Assembly (NCBI GenBank): GCA_027314915.1
Contig: DAHUZZ010000010.1
Span: forward strand, 3,221 to 67,220
DNA: 64,000 nucleotides
Source of the DNA: Thermoplasmata archaeon
GTDB lineage: Archaea > Thermoplasmatota > Thermoplasmata > Lutacidiplasmatales > UBA184
Direction: 5' to 3'
In this document: positions 9,640-17,855 of the stretch, piece after piece
Layout of the letters: the number at the start of each line of letters is the position of its first letter
How positions within the stretch are numbered: position 1 is the first letter of the stretch
Translations under genes and position numbers: made by a program
The notes under the pieces: generated by a model
What the model saw: only the letters and a program-made list of their open reading frames with translations
Told to the model about the DNA's origin: nothing
The model's database searches: none

Positions 9640-10507
9640 CCGGGGCCGGCCCGCCGGCCGGAGCGGCCGCTAGGTACCGGTAGCTGTACACGGGCCGCCG
9701 CGCGAGGATCGGGAGGAGCAGGCAGAGGGCGATGAGCGGGATCAGGAAGAGGACGTAGACCACGGCGTGGCCGAACCTCCAGAAGACGACCTGGTGGGTG
9801 AGCGGGCTCAGCGACCAGCCGCCGTAGGCGGCCCCCAGGTCCCAGAGGGCGGCGACGAGGAGCGGCACGTAGGTGAGCGGCAGAAGGACGAGGGGGCCCG
9901 TGACGAACCACAGGAAGACCGGGCACCGGAACCCGGAGGCGAGCGCGCGGCTCGGGCGGAACCACTCCACGGGGTGCAGGACGACCCACCCCGTCCAGAG
10001 GAGGACGGCCGCCGCGAGGGCGATCCAGCCCCGGAAGAAGAGGGGGCTCACGACGTCGGCGCTCTGGCCGGCCACGCCGAGGGGCGAGAGGAAGTACCAG
10101 CCGATGGCCGGGAAGTAGTTGTCGTTCAAGGGCGCGAGGTAGACCGGGCCCTGGAGGAGGAGCCCCCCGTCGAAGAGCCCGGCCACCGCCTCGAGCGTCC
10201 ACTTCCGCCGCGGCACGAGGCTGAGGGCGTGGATTACGAGGAGCCCGGGGACCGCGAGCTCGATCTGCTGGGCGAAGCCGAAGAGCTCGCGGATGCCGTG
10301 GAGGGTGAGCGAGGAGTAGATCTCCTGCCTCGAGGGGTGGAGCTCGGAGCCGTGCGCGCAGGCGACCACCTGGCTCGGGTACCCGAAGGCGTCGAAGCCC
10401 CCCACCGCGCCCCAGAAGAACCCGGCGTTGAGCATCCGCATCGAGATGCGGGTCATCCCGTCGCGCTCGAGCAGGAAGATCCGGCGCAGCGGCCGGAGCT
10501 GGGCCAC
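9640..10507 (-). pseudogene. truncated heme-copper oxidase subunit I-like remnant (helices I to VI/VII only)
   Basis: N-terminal ~280 aa of ORF 8789..10507. YSSLTLHGIRELFGF resembles YNxxxTxHGxxMIFF. HQVVFWRFGHAVVYVLFLIP resembles LFWFFGHPEVYILILP. The His-to-His spacing is about 177 aa. Homology stops before the HH motif, and the rest of the ORF is R/P/G-rich and overlaps the permease. Confidence 0.6.
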
Positions 10508-10723
10508 CCGGCTCCGGATCGCCTCCTCGGTGCGGTCGAGGAACTGGACGAGCGCCGGCGGCCGCTCGACGACCGGGACCCCGGGGCCCTCGACGCCGGT
10601 CGGGGATGGCCTTCGATCCGCGCTCGCCCTGCGCCCCCGGGCTCGCGGAGCTCGGGGTCCATCGCACCGCGAGGTATCCCGACGCGGGTCGACCTTCGAC
10701 GGATCTCCGGGGCCGCCCGGGCG

Positions 10724-11398
10724 CTACCTCCGGCGGCCGGGGGGCCGCACGGGAGCGGCGGCGGCCGCCTGGAGCCCGCGGACCACCGCGAGCACGCTCG
10801 GCACGTCGTCGTTGCCGACGTAGAGCAAGAGCTCCGGGCTCGCCGTGAGGAGCTCGCGGATCAGGACGTCGCGCAGCGCGAGCTCGCGGGTGACCCACGA
10901 GAGGATGCCCCGGGTGTCCCGCGCCGGCTCGGGGAAGAGGAGGCTCACTTCCGTGATCTCGTCGAGGCGGGCCTGGGGACGGTGGGGCTCGAGGAGGTGG
11001 CGGACCGAGCCCTCCTTCCGCGCATCCACGACGAGCTTGACCGTCGCGCTCCCGACCACGATCTTGAGCGTCTCCCCGCGCCCGACGTCCACCTGCGCGA
11101 GCAGCCGCTCGATCCGGCCGAGGAGCCCCTTCTCGCGCTCGAAGTCGAGGATCAGGATGCGGTCTTTCAGGCCGAGCCGGACCTCGCGGAACGCCTCCCG
11201 GTCCTCGAGCTCGCCCGTCCCGAAGTCCCGGCGGCGGAGCAGGGCGACCACCGCGTCGAACTGGTCGGGACGTGCGACCCCAGAGTCGATCAGGAATCGC
11301 GCGAGCGCGCGGCGGTTGATGAGCCCCTCCCGGTAGCACTTCTCGATCTCGGGCCGGCGGTTGAGGAGCGCCTCGAGGGCGAGTTCCATTTGGGACAT
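10724..11398 (-). CDS. ACT-domain-containing putative regulator of amino-acid metabolism (COG2150-like)
   Basis: C-terminal 224 aa of ORF 10724..13576, starting at ATG 11398 (MSQMELALEALL...). Two ACT-like beta-alpha-beta-beta-alpha-beta segments. Divergent from trpB2. Confidence 0.7.
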   Translation of the reverse strand: MSQMELALEALLNRRPEIEKCYREGLINRRALARFLIDSGVARPDQFDAVVALLRRRDFGTGELEDREAFREVRLGLKDRILILDFEREKGLLGRIERLLAQVDVGRGETLKIVVGSATVKLVVDARKEGSVRHLLEPHRPQARLDEITEVSLLFPEPARDTRGILSWVTRELALRDVLIRELLTASPELLLYVGNDDVPSVLAVVRGLQAAAAAPVRPPGRRR

Positions 11399-11425
11399 GG
11401 TCGACCCGTATGAGAACCCGCGCGC

Positions 11426-11460
11426 GTACATGTACCTTCCATGACATGGGGGAGATGTAC
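11426..11460. promoter_or_regulatory. GTACATGTAC palindrome plus a second ATGTAC box (TRP-box-like) in the divergent promoter region
   Basis: gtacatgtac at 11426-11435 and atgtac at 11455-11460, between the starts at 11398 (-) and 11492 (+). Confidence 0.35.
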
Positions 11461-11491
11461 CCGCCGGGGGGCATGACGCCCAGGACGTCCC

Positions 11492-12841
11492 ATGGTGGAA
11501 CCGATCCGAGTCGTGCTGGATGCCGACGAGCTGCCGAAGTCCTGGTACAACCTGCCCGCCGACCTTCCCGAGCCGCTCCCGCCGCCCCTCGATCCGGAGC
11601 GGCGGGAGCCGATCGGGCCGGAAGCGCTCGAGCCGATCTTCCCGAAGGAGCTGATCCGCCAGGAGGTGAGCCGGGAGCGGTTCCTCCCCATCCCCGAGGA
11701 GGTCCGCGAGGCCTACCTGCTGCTCAACCGACCCTCCCCGCTGCAGCGGGCCCACCGGCTCGAGCGCTACCTGCGCACGCCGGCCCGGATCTACTTCAAG
11801 CGGGAGGACCTGAGCCCGACCGGCAGCCACAAGTCCAACACCGCCTTCGCGCAGGCCTACTACAACCGGCGCGAGGGCACGGAGCGGCTGGTGACCGAGA
11901 CCGGCGCCGGCCAGTGGGGGACCGCCCTCGCGCTCGCGGCCAAGCAGTTCGGGCTCGCCTGCACGGTGTTCATGGTCCGCGCGAGCTACGACCAGAAGCC
12001 CTACCGGCGGGTCGTCATGAACCTCTACGGGGCGGAGGTGACGCCCTCGCCGAGCGAGCGGACCGAGTTCGGCCGGGGCCTCCTCGCCCGGCAGCCCGAC
12101 CACCCGGGGTCGCTCGGGATCGCCATCAGCGAGGCGCTCGAGCACGCGCTCGGCTCGCCGGGGACGAAGTATGCCCTCGGCAGCGTCCTCAACCACGTGC
12201 TGCTGCACCAGAGCGTGATCGGGCTCGAGGCCCAGCGGCAGTTCGAGAAGATCGACGTGCGCCCGGACTACATCATCGGCTGCGTGGGCGGCGGGAGCAA
12301 CTTCGCCGGCTTCGCGTATCCGTTCCTGGGCGAGCGGCTGCGGAGCGGCCGCGGCGAGGACGGCCCCCAGTTCCTCGCCGTGGAGCCCGTCGACATCCCC
12401 TCCATGACCCGGGGACGGTACGAGTACGACTTCGGCGACTCGGCCCAGCGCACCCCGCTCCTCAAGATGTACACCCTGGGCTCCTCCTTCGTACCCTCGC
12501 CCATCCACGCGGGGGGGCTCCGCTACCACGGCGCGGCGCCGAGCCTGAGTGCCCTCGTCGACCGGGGGCTCGTACGGGCGATCGCGGTGGGCGAGGCCGA
12601 GAGCTTCGAGGCCGGGCGGATCTTCGCCGCCACGGAAGGGATCGTCCCCGCCCCCGAGTCGAACCATGCCGTCCGGGCGGCCATCGACCTCGCGATCGCG
12701 GCCAAGCGGAGCGGCGAGCCGACCACGATCGCCTTCAACCTCTCCGGCGGCGGGCTCCTCGACCTGGCCGGGTACGCCGAGCACCTCCGGGACGCGCCGA
12801 CGCTCGAGGCGGCCGCCGGACCGGTCGCCGTCCGGGCGTGA
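11492..12841 (+). CDS. trpB2: TrpB-like PLP-dependent enzyme (tryptophan synthase beta, type 2)
   Basis: ORF track. N-terminal [13 protein letters not shown] and the PLP-lysine motif GSHKSNTA. Confidence 0.92.
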   Translation: MVEPIRVVLDADELPKSWYNLPADLPEPLPPPLDPERREPIGPEALEPIFPKELIRQEVSRERFLPIPEEVREAYLLLNRPSPLQRAHRLERYLRTPARIYFKREDLSPTGSHKSNTAFAQAYYNRREGTERLVTETGAGQWGTALALAAKQFGLACTVFMVRASYDQKPYRRVVMNLYGAEVTPSPSERTEFGRGLLARQPDHPGSLGIAISEALEHALGSPGTKYALGSVLNHVLLHQSVIGLEAQRQFEKIDVRPDYIIGCVGGGSNFAGFAYPFLGERLRSGRGEDGPQFLAVEPVDIPSMTRGRYEYDFGDSAQRTPLLKMYTLGSSFVPSPIHAGGLRYHGAAPSLSALVDRGLVRAIAVGEAESFEAGRIFAATEGIVPAPESNHAVRAAIDLAIAAKRSGEPTTIAFNLSGGGLLDLAGYAEHLRDAPTLEAAAGPVAVRA

Positions 12842-13018
12842 ACCGCTCGCCGGTGGGGGTCGTAGCGGCCAGGGCACCGAGCGGACCTCGTCGCCGCGGA
12901 ACGGCGGACGCGGGCGCATCCTCCCCCTGACGTCACGGCCGCCCCGCCCCCGCTCCGCGCCCCGAACGATGGCGTCGGCACGAGCGCGATCCGTTCGCGG
13001 AGCGGGATCGACCGGGGG

Positions 13019-13372
13019 GTGCTCGAACAGCTGAAACCGGCGCGGCCGTACCGGTCGGTTGTTCGCCGTGCCTCCTGGAGCGGCCTGGTGGTGGCGGGCC
13101 TCGCGATGTCGTGGCTCGGGGCGGTACTCTCCTACGAAGGCGGGACACCCCCCGGCTGCGCCCGTTGTAGCCCGGGGGACGTTGGCCCCGCGCTCTGCTC
13201 GAGCGGGGTGCCGCGGTGTCCCGGTCTGCTCCTGCTCCTGGCGGGAGTCGCGAACGCCGTGGCGGGAGTACTGCGGATACGCCGGAGCCTCGCCTATCCG
13301 CCCCGGCCCCCGTTCCCCGGAGGGTGCCGAGTACCCACTCCCCAAGGGAGCCCGGTCTACCGACCTCGGTAG
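13019..13372 (+). CDS. hypothetical small membrane protein (Cys-rich loop)
   Basis: ORF track, 117 aa. High third-position GC in the first two thirds and two hydrophobic segments. Weak call. Confidence 0.3.
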   Translation: MLEQLKPARPYRSVVRRASWSGLVVAGLAMSWLGAVLSYEGGTPPGCARCSPGDVGPALCSSGVPRCPGLLLLLAGVANAVAGVLRIRRSLAYPPRPPFPGGCRVPTPQGSPVYRPR

Positions 13373-14058
13373 ACGGGCACGTCCCGATCCGGGCAGCGGG
13401 CCCGAACTACCGACGGCCGCTGCGTGACCTTCCCAAGGTGGTCGTGTACGTTCCCTTTCGCGTCGGAAGCGTCTTCCTACTGGTCCTGGCGCACCCGTAC
13501 GGAACGATCCTCGACCGTACCGGTGGCCGGGTGTGCATCCAAGCCGGGCGTGCCGGGACCATCGTGATGATGGCACTGCGGAATCGCCGCCGTGGCGCGC
13601 AGGACGGTCTCCGCGCCGGCGCGAGTCCCTAGTGGACGAAGAGCACCAGGGCGAGGGCGCAGCCCGCGAGCACGATGAGGAGGCTCACTCGGATCGCGTG
13701 GCGGAACTCCCCGCGCTCCTCCTCCGATTCCGCGAGCACCTCGTCTGCCACGGACCTCGCCCAGCCTTCGGGCGGCGGGGAGATGGGCCTATGTAAGCCC
13801 TTTCCGCGCAGTGCCGTGGCATGACATAGGGCCGCCGGACGGGGCGGTCCGGCGGTGCCGGAGGGCTCCGGCCGGGGGTTCTCCCGCAGCGCGCCCCCCC
13901 GATCGTGCGCCGAGGAAGGCGAGCGCCGCGGACCGGGGTCCGGTCCTACCGATCACGACCTGGGCGGCCGCGGTCTGGCGGCGACCGGCGAGCCGCGTGG
14001 GCCGGGCCGGCGGAGGGCGAGCTTCGAGCTCATATCCGACCGGCCCCCTCGCGGAGAC

Positions 14059-14490
14059 ATGCCGGCCGAATCGACGCCGACCTACCGCACGCTCACCCGG
14101 GAGGAAGAGCGGGTCATCGTCCACCACGGCACCGAGGCGCCCTTCTCCGGCGAGTACGAGCGCCACTTCCGCCCGGGCACCTACCTCTGCAAGCGGTGCG
14201 GCACGGAGCTCTACCGCTCCGACACGAAGTTCGACGCCCAGTGCGGCTGGCCGAGCTTCGATGCCGAGGTCCCGGGCGCGGTGCGCCGACTGCCGGATCC
14301 GGACGGACGACGGGTCGAGATCCGCTGCGTGCGCTGCGACGCGCACCTCGGCCACGTGTTCACGGGCGAGGGGTTCACGCCGAAGAACACGCGGCACTGC
14401 GTGAACTCGATCTCGCTCGTGTTCCGGCCGGAGACCGCTCCGAGCGATCCGGGCCGGGGCGCCCCGCCCGGCCGCGCGGAGCGGCCGTGA
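14059..14490 (+). CDS. msrB: peptide-methionine (R)-S-oxide reductase
   Basis: In frame in ORF 13855..14490, with start moved to ATG 14059 (TATA-like ctcatatcc about 28 nt upstream). Motifs YLCKRCGTELY, GWPSF, CVRCDAHLGHVF, RHCVNS. Confidence 0.9.
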   Translation: MPAESTPTYRTLTREEERVIVHHGTEAPFSGEYERHFRPGTYLCKRCGTELYRSDTKFDAQCGWPSFDAEVPGAVRRLPDPDGRRVEIRCVRCDAHLGHVFTGEGFTPKNTRHCVNSISLVFRPETAPSDPGRGAPPGRAERP

Positions 14491-14858
14491 CCGAGGAGCT
14501 CTCGCCCGCCGAGCTCGCCGAGATGGTCCCGCTCCTGGCCTCGGTCCGGTCGGGCCGGGTGCGGATCACGATGGGCGGGGCCCCGCTCGCGGCGGTCGAG
14601 GCCGAGCCGCACACGATCCGGATCGACGTCCGGCCGTTCGTCTCCGAGTGGCACCGCTTCCTGAGCTCCGCCCGGGACGCCCGCGGAGGCCTGCACGGTG
14701 CCCACGGCCTGCCCCGCGCCCTCGCGGAGGCCGGCTGGCAGGTCGTCCTCTACCGGGGCCCGACGGAGATCGCCCGCATCGGGCGCGGGACGAGCGCCCT
14801 CCTGGGGCACGTCCACCTCGACCTGGCCGCGCTCGGCCTGCTGCGGGACCTGTTCTGA
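14487..14858 (+). CDS. hypothetical protein, translationally coupled to msrB
   Basis: Tail of ORF 13905..14858. GTG 14487 overlaps the msrB stop (GTGA). 123 aa with no family recognised. Confidence 0.5.
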   Translation: MTEELSPAELAEMVPLLASVRSGRVRITMGGAPLAAVEAEPHTIRIDVRPFVSEWHRFLSSARDARGGLHGAHGLPRALAEAGWQVVLYRGPTEIARIGRGTSALLGHVHLDLAALGLLRDLF

Positions 14859-14888
14859 GCCGGACCCCGGGGGGTCCGGCCCCCCGGC

Positions 14889-15125
14889 CTAGGTCTTCAG
14901 GGCGGCGACGTTGTGCTGGACGTGCGCGGCGCGCTCCTCGTCGGCGAGCTCGCGCATATGCACCTGGACCGTGATCGTTCCCGACATGGTGACGCTCATG
15001 CCCGTCCCGCCCGCGGACAGGGTGAGGTCCTCGAACCGGAGGTCCATCTGACCGTGCTTGTCGGACAGCGCCTCGATCATGCTCACGAACATGTTCCGGC
15101 CCACGCGGGTTGCATCCTCGGCCAT
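14889..15125 (-). CDS. hypothetical small protein
   Basis: ORF track, 78 aa. Balanced, non-low-complexity composition. Confidence 0.55.
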   Translation of the reverse strand: MAEDATRVGRNMFVSMIEALSDKHGQMDLRFEDLTLSAGGTGMSVTMSGTITVQVHMRELADEERAAHVQHNVAALKT

Positions 15126-15250
15126 TGGATCACCGTGCGGGGCATACCCCGGGTGCTATTCAGCGCTGCGCCCGGGCGGAGCCGGGGCCCGGTTCGCGGT
15201 CGCCCGGCCGCGGGGGACCCCCGGGCGCCCAGAGTACTACCGTTCGAGAA

Positions 15251-15265
15251 AAGCGCATAACGCTT
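15251..15265. promoter_or_regulatory. inverted repeat AAGCG-CATAA-CGCTT upstream of the NiCoT-nikR operon (candidate operator/promoter)
   Basis: aagcgcataacgctt at 15251-15265, about 40 nt upstream of the proposed GTG start at 15302. Overlaps the AT-richest patch of the intergenic region. Confidence 0.3.
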
Positions 15266-15301
15266 ATCCGACCGCGTCCGCTCGCCGCGCGGGGAGACCG
15301 C

Positions 15302-16426
15302 GTGGCGACGTCCGGGACCGGGCCCGATCTCCGCCTGACCCGCGCCGAGAAGGCCCGGGTGGCCGTCCTGTATGTGGCGATCCTGGGCGCGACCCTCCTC
15401 GGCTTCCTCCTCGCCTTCGCCTACCTGCCGCACCAGGTCGCGGGGGCGGCCTGGTCCGGAGGGCTCCTCTTCACCGGGCTCGCCCTCACCGCCTACGTCC
15501 TCGGGCTCCGGCACGGGTTCGACGCCGACCACATCGCGGCGATCGACAACACCACCCGCAAGCTCCTCCGGGAGGGGAAGCGGCCGCTCACCGTCGGCAC
15601 CTGGTTCTCCCTCGGGCACTCCACCGTCGTCTGCGGGATGATCGTGGCCCTCGTCGTCGCCTTCGGCTTCGTCTCGCGCCAGTACCACCTCTTCGCGCAG
15701 GTGGGCAGCGTCGTGGGGACGGTCATCTCCGGCGTCTTCCTGGTCCTCATCGGGATCGTCAACCTGGTCATCGTCGCCGAGGTCTACGCCCTCTTCCGGG
15801 GGCTCAAGGAGCGCCGGTTCGACCGCGCGGCGCTGGACGCCCAGATGGACCAGCGGGGGTTCCTCTACCGCTACTTCGGCCGGCTCTTCCGCATGATCGA
15901 GGAGCCGAGGCAGATCTACCCCGTCGGCATCCTCTTCGGGCTCGGCTTCGACACCGCCACGGAGGTCATCATCATCGCGATCTCGACCGGGCTCGCCTTC
16001 TCCGGTGCCTTCCCGCTCTGGGCCGTGCTGATCCTCCCGCTGCTCTTCACCTGCGGGATGGTGCTCTCGGACACCACCGACGGGATCGCCATGCGCTACG
16101 CCTACGGCTGGGCGTTCCTGCGCCCGATCCGGAAGGTCTACTACAACCTCACCCTCACGCTCATCTCGGTCCTCGTCGCCTTCGCGGTCGGCGGCATCGA
16201 GCTGCTCCAGGTCCTCGCCCGGGAGCTCGGGCTCACCGGCCCCCTCTGGTCGTTCGTGGGCGGCCTCGACTTCGAGGAGGTGGGGATCGCGATCGTGCTG
16301 CTCTTCGTGGGCGCGTGGCTCGTGTCGCTCGTGATCTACCGCTGGAAGCGGTACGAGGAGATCGACCTCCGGGAGGAGCCCGAGCCCCGGGCGGTGGGAC
16401 CGGGGGGGACGCCCGACTCCCCATGA
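15302..16426 (+). CDS. nickel/cobalt transporter, NiCoT (HoxN/NixA) family
   Basis: In frame in ORF 15110..16426. Signature RHGFDADHIAAIDNTTR and about 8 TM helices. Start (GTG 15302) is uncertain. Confidence 0.85.
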   Translation: MATSGTGPDLRLTRAEKARVAVLYVAILGATLLGFLLAFAYLPHQVAGAAWSGGLLFTGLALTAYVLGLRHGFDADHIAAIDNTTRKLLREGKRPLTVGTWFSLGHSTVVCGMIVALVVAFGFVSRQYHLFAQVGSVVGTVISGVFLVLIGIVNLVIVAEVYALFRGLKERRFDRAALDAQMDQRGFLYRYFGRLFRMIEEPRQIYPVGILFGLGFDTATEVIIIAISTGLAFSGAFPLWAVLILPLLFTCGMVLSDTTDGIAMRYAYGWAFLRPIRKVYYNLTLTLISVLVAFAVGGIELLQVLARELGLTGPLWSFVGGLDFEEVGIAIVLLFVGAWLVSLVIYRWKRYEEIDLREEPEPRAVGPGGTPDSP

Positions 16427-16887
16427 GCCGCCGGGTCGTCCGCACCGCGGTCTCGCTCGAACCGGAGCTGCTGCGCGAGCTCGACCGGTGGTCGCGGATG
16501 CGCAACGCGAAGAGCCGTTCCGACGCCATCCGGGCGTTGGTCCGCCGGGAGGTCGCGGAGGAGCGGCTCGAGGACCCGACGGCCGACGCCGTCGGGACGG
16601 TGATGGTCCTCTACGACCACCGCTCGCGCGACGTGCAGCGCCGGCTCACCGTGGCGCAGCACCGCTGGGGCGAGCACATCCGGTCCTCGAACCACGTCCA
16701 CCTGGAGGGCGACCTCTGCCTCGAGGTGATGGTCCTCGTGGGCGCACGCGAGGAGATCGTCCGGGCCTCGACCGACCTCCGCGGCGTGAAGGGGGTCCAG
16801 CAGGGAGGGTTCCTCCTCGCGACCCCCGAGGCGGCCGGAGGACGGAGCGGGCACGTGCACCCCCACCGGTCGCCCGGCCCTTCCTAG
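16423..16887 (+). CDS. nikR: nickel-responsive transcriptional regulator NikR
   Basis: Tail of ORF 15058..16887. ATG 16423 overlaps the NiCoT stop (ATGA). Ribbon-helix-helix N-terminus VSLEPELLRELD...RSDAIRALV and a His-rich C-terminal metal-binding domain. Confidence 0.85.
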   Translation: MSRRVVRTAVSLEPELLRELDRWSRMRNAKSRSDAIRALVRREVAEERLEDPTADAVGTVMVLYDHRSRDVQRRLTVAQHRWGEHIRSSNHVHLEGDLCLEVMVLVGAREEIVRASTDLRGVKGVQQGGFLLATPEAAGGRSGHVHPHRSPGPS

Positions 16888-17855
16888 GCGGCCCCGGGGC
16901 CCCAGGAACGCTCGCGGTCGAACCGCACGCCGACCCGGCTCCCCTCCTCGGGGGCCGGCCCGCCCCGGGGGAAGCGCGAGGAGAGGACCGTGCCGTCCTC
17001 GAGGCGCAGCCGGACCCACCAGTCCCGGCCCACCGGGCCGATCGCCTCGACCGTGGCCGGGCGGCGGCCCGGCCCGGGGCGGTCGATCGCCACGTCCTCC
17101 GGCGCCACGGCGGTCGTGCGGGGGCCCTCGGTCACCAGGTTGTAGCCCAGGAACCGGGCCACCTCGGGCGAGGCCGGGCGGTCGAAGACCTCCGAGGGGC
17201 TCCCCACCTGGGCCACGCGGCCCGCGAGGAGGAGGATCGTCCGCTCGCCCAGGTAGAGCCCCTCCTCCCGGTCGTGCGTGACGTGGAGGGCGGCCGTGCC
17301 CTGGTCGCGGAGGATGCGCCGGAAGTCGCTCCGCAGCTCGGCGCGGTACTCCGGGTCGACGGAGGCGAACGGCTCGTCCAGCAGCACGAGCTCCGGATCG
17401 GGCGCGAGCGCGCGGGCGAGCGCGACCCGCTGCTGCTCGCCGCCGGAGAGCTCGGCCGGGTACCGCGCGGCGAACCGGCCGAGGTCCAGCCGCTCGAGCA
17501 GCTCCGCGACCCGCGCGCGCACCTCGGGATCGGGCCGCCGCTGGACCAGGAGCCCGTAGGCCACGTTCTCGACCACGGTGCGGTGCGGGAAGAGCGACGG
17601 CTCCTGCGGCACCATCCCGATCCCCCGGCGGTGCGTGGGGAGCGCCCCGATCTCCCGCCCCCCGAGCCGGATCGATCCCGACCGGGGCCGCTCGAGCCCG
17701 GCGAGGCACCGGAGCAGCGTGGTCTTGCCCGAGCCGTTGGGACCGAGCAGGGTCACGAGCTCGTGCGGCCCCACGTCGAGGTCCACGTCGCGGAGCACCG
17801 GGACCCGGTCCCACTCGGCCGAGAGCCCGCGGACGACGAGGAGCTCAGAGCTCAA
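16884..17855 (-). CDS. ABC transporter ATP-binding protein (thiamine/iron-type importer, with C-terminal TOBE-like domain)
   Basis: ORF track. Walker A GPNGSGKTT, signature LSGGEQQR, Walker B LVLLDEP. Confidence 0.9.
   Translation of the reverse strand: MSSELLVVRGLSAEWDRVPVLRDVDLDVGPHELVTLLGPNGSGKTTLLRCLAGLERPRSGSIRLGGREIGALPTHRRGIGMVPQEPSLFPHRTVVENVAYGLLVQRRPDPEVRARVAELLERLDLGRFAARYPAELSGGEQQRVALARALAPDPELVLLDEPFASVDPEYRAELRSDFRRILRDQGTAALHVTHDREEGLYLGERTILLLAGRVAQVGSPSEVFDRPASPEVARFLGYNLVTEGPRTTAVAPEDVAIDRPGPGRRPATVEAIGPVGRDWWVRLRLEDGTVLSSRFPRGGPAPEEGSRVGVRFDRERSWGPGAA

Noticed and set aside
8789-10507. The 572-aa ORF taken as one intact gene
   Set aside because: Only the N-terminal half resembles a real protein (HCO subunit I). 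The C-terminal ~290 aa are R/P/G-rich and lie out of frame over the well-formed ABC-2 permease gene 8869-9573.
13565-13600. A perfect C-box-like GTGATGA in an intergenic-looking region
   Set aside because: No D' box, C' box or D (CUGA) box occurs at the required 12-nt spacings, and there is no terminal stem.
13629-13751. A 40-codon minus-strand mini-ORF (MADEVLAESEEERGEFRHAIRVSLLIVLAGCALALVLFVH, GTG start) with high GC3 and a C-terminal TM helix
   Set aside because: It is too short, has only a GTG start and has no recognisable homology. I could not support it as a feature, though it could be a real tail-anchored micro-protein.
13752-14025. About 270 bp of GC-rich non-coding sequence with a GAGGAAGG motif, considered as an SRP RNA helix-8-like element
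   Set aside because: The flanks of the putative GGAA tetraloop do not pair, and the conserved asymmetric and symmetric loop sequences of SRP RNA are absent.
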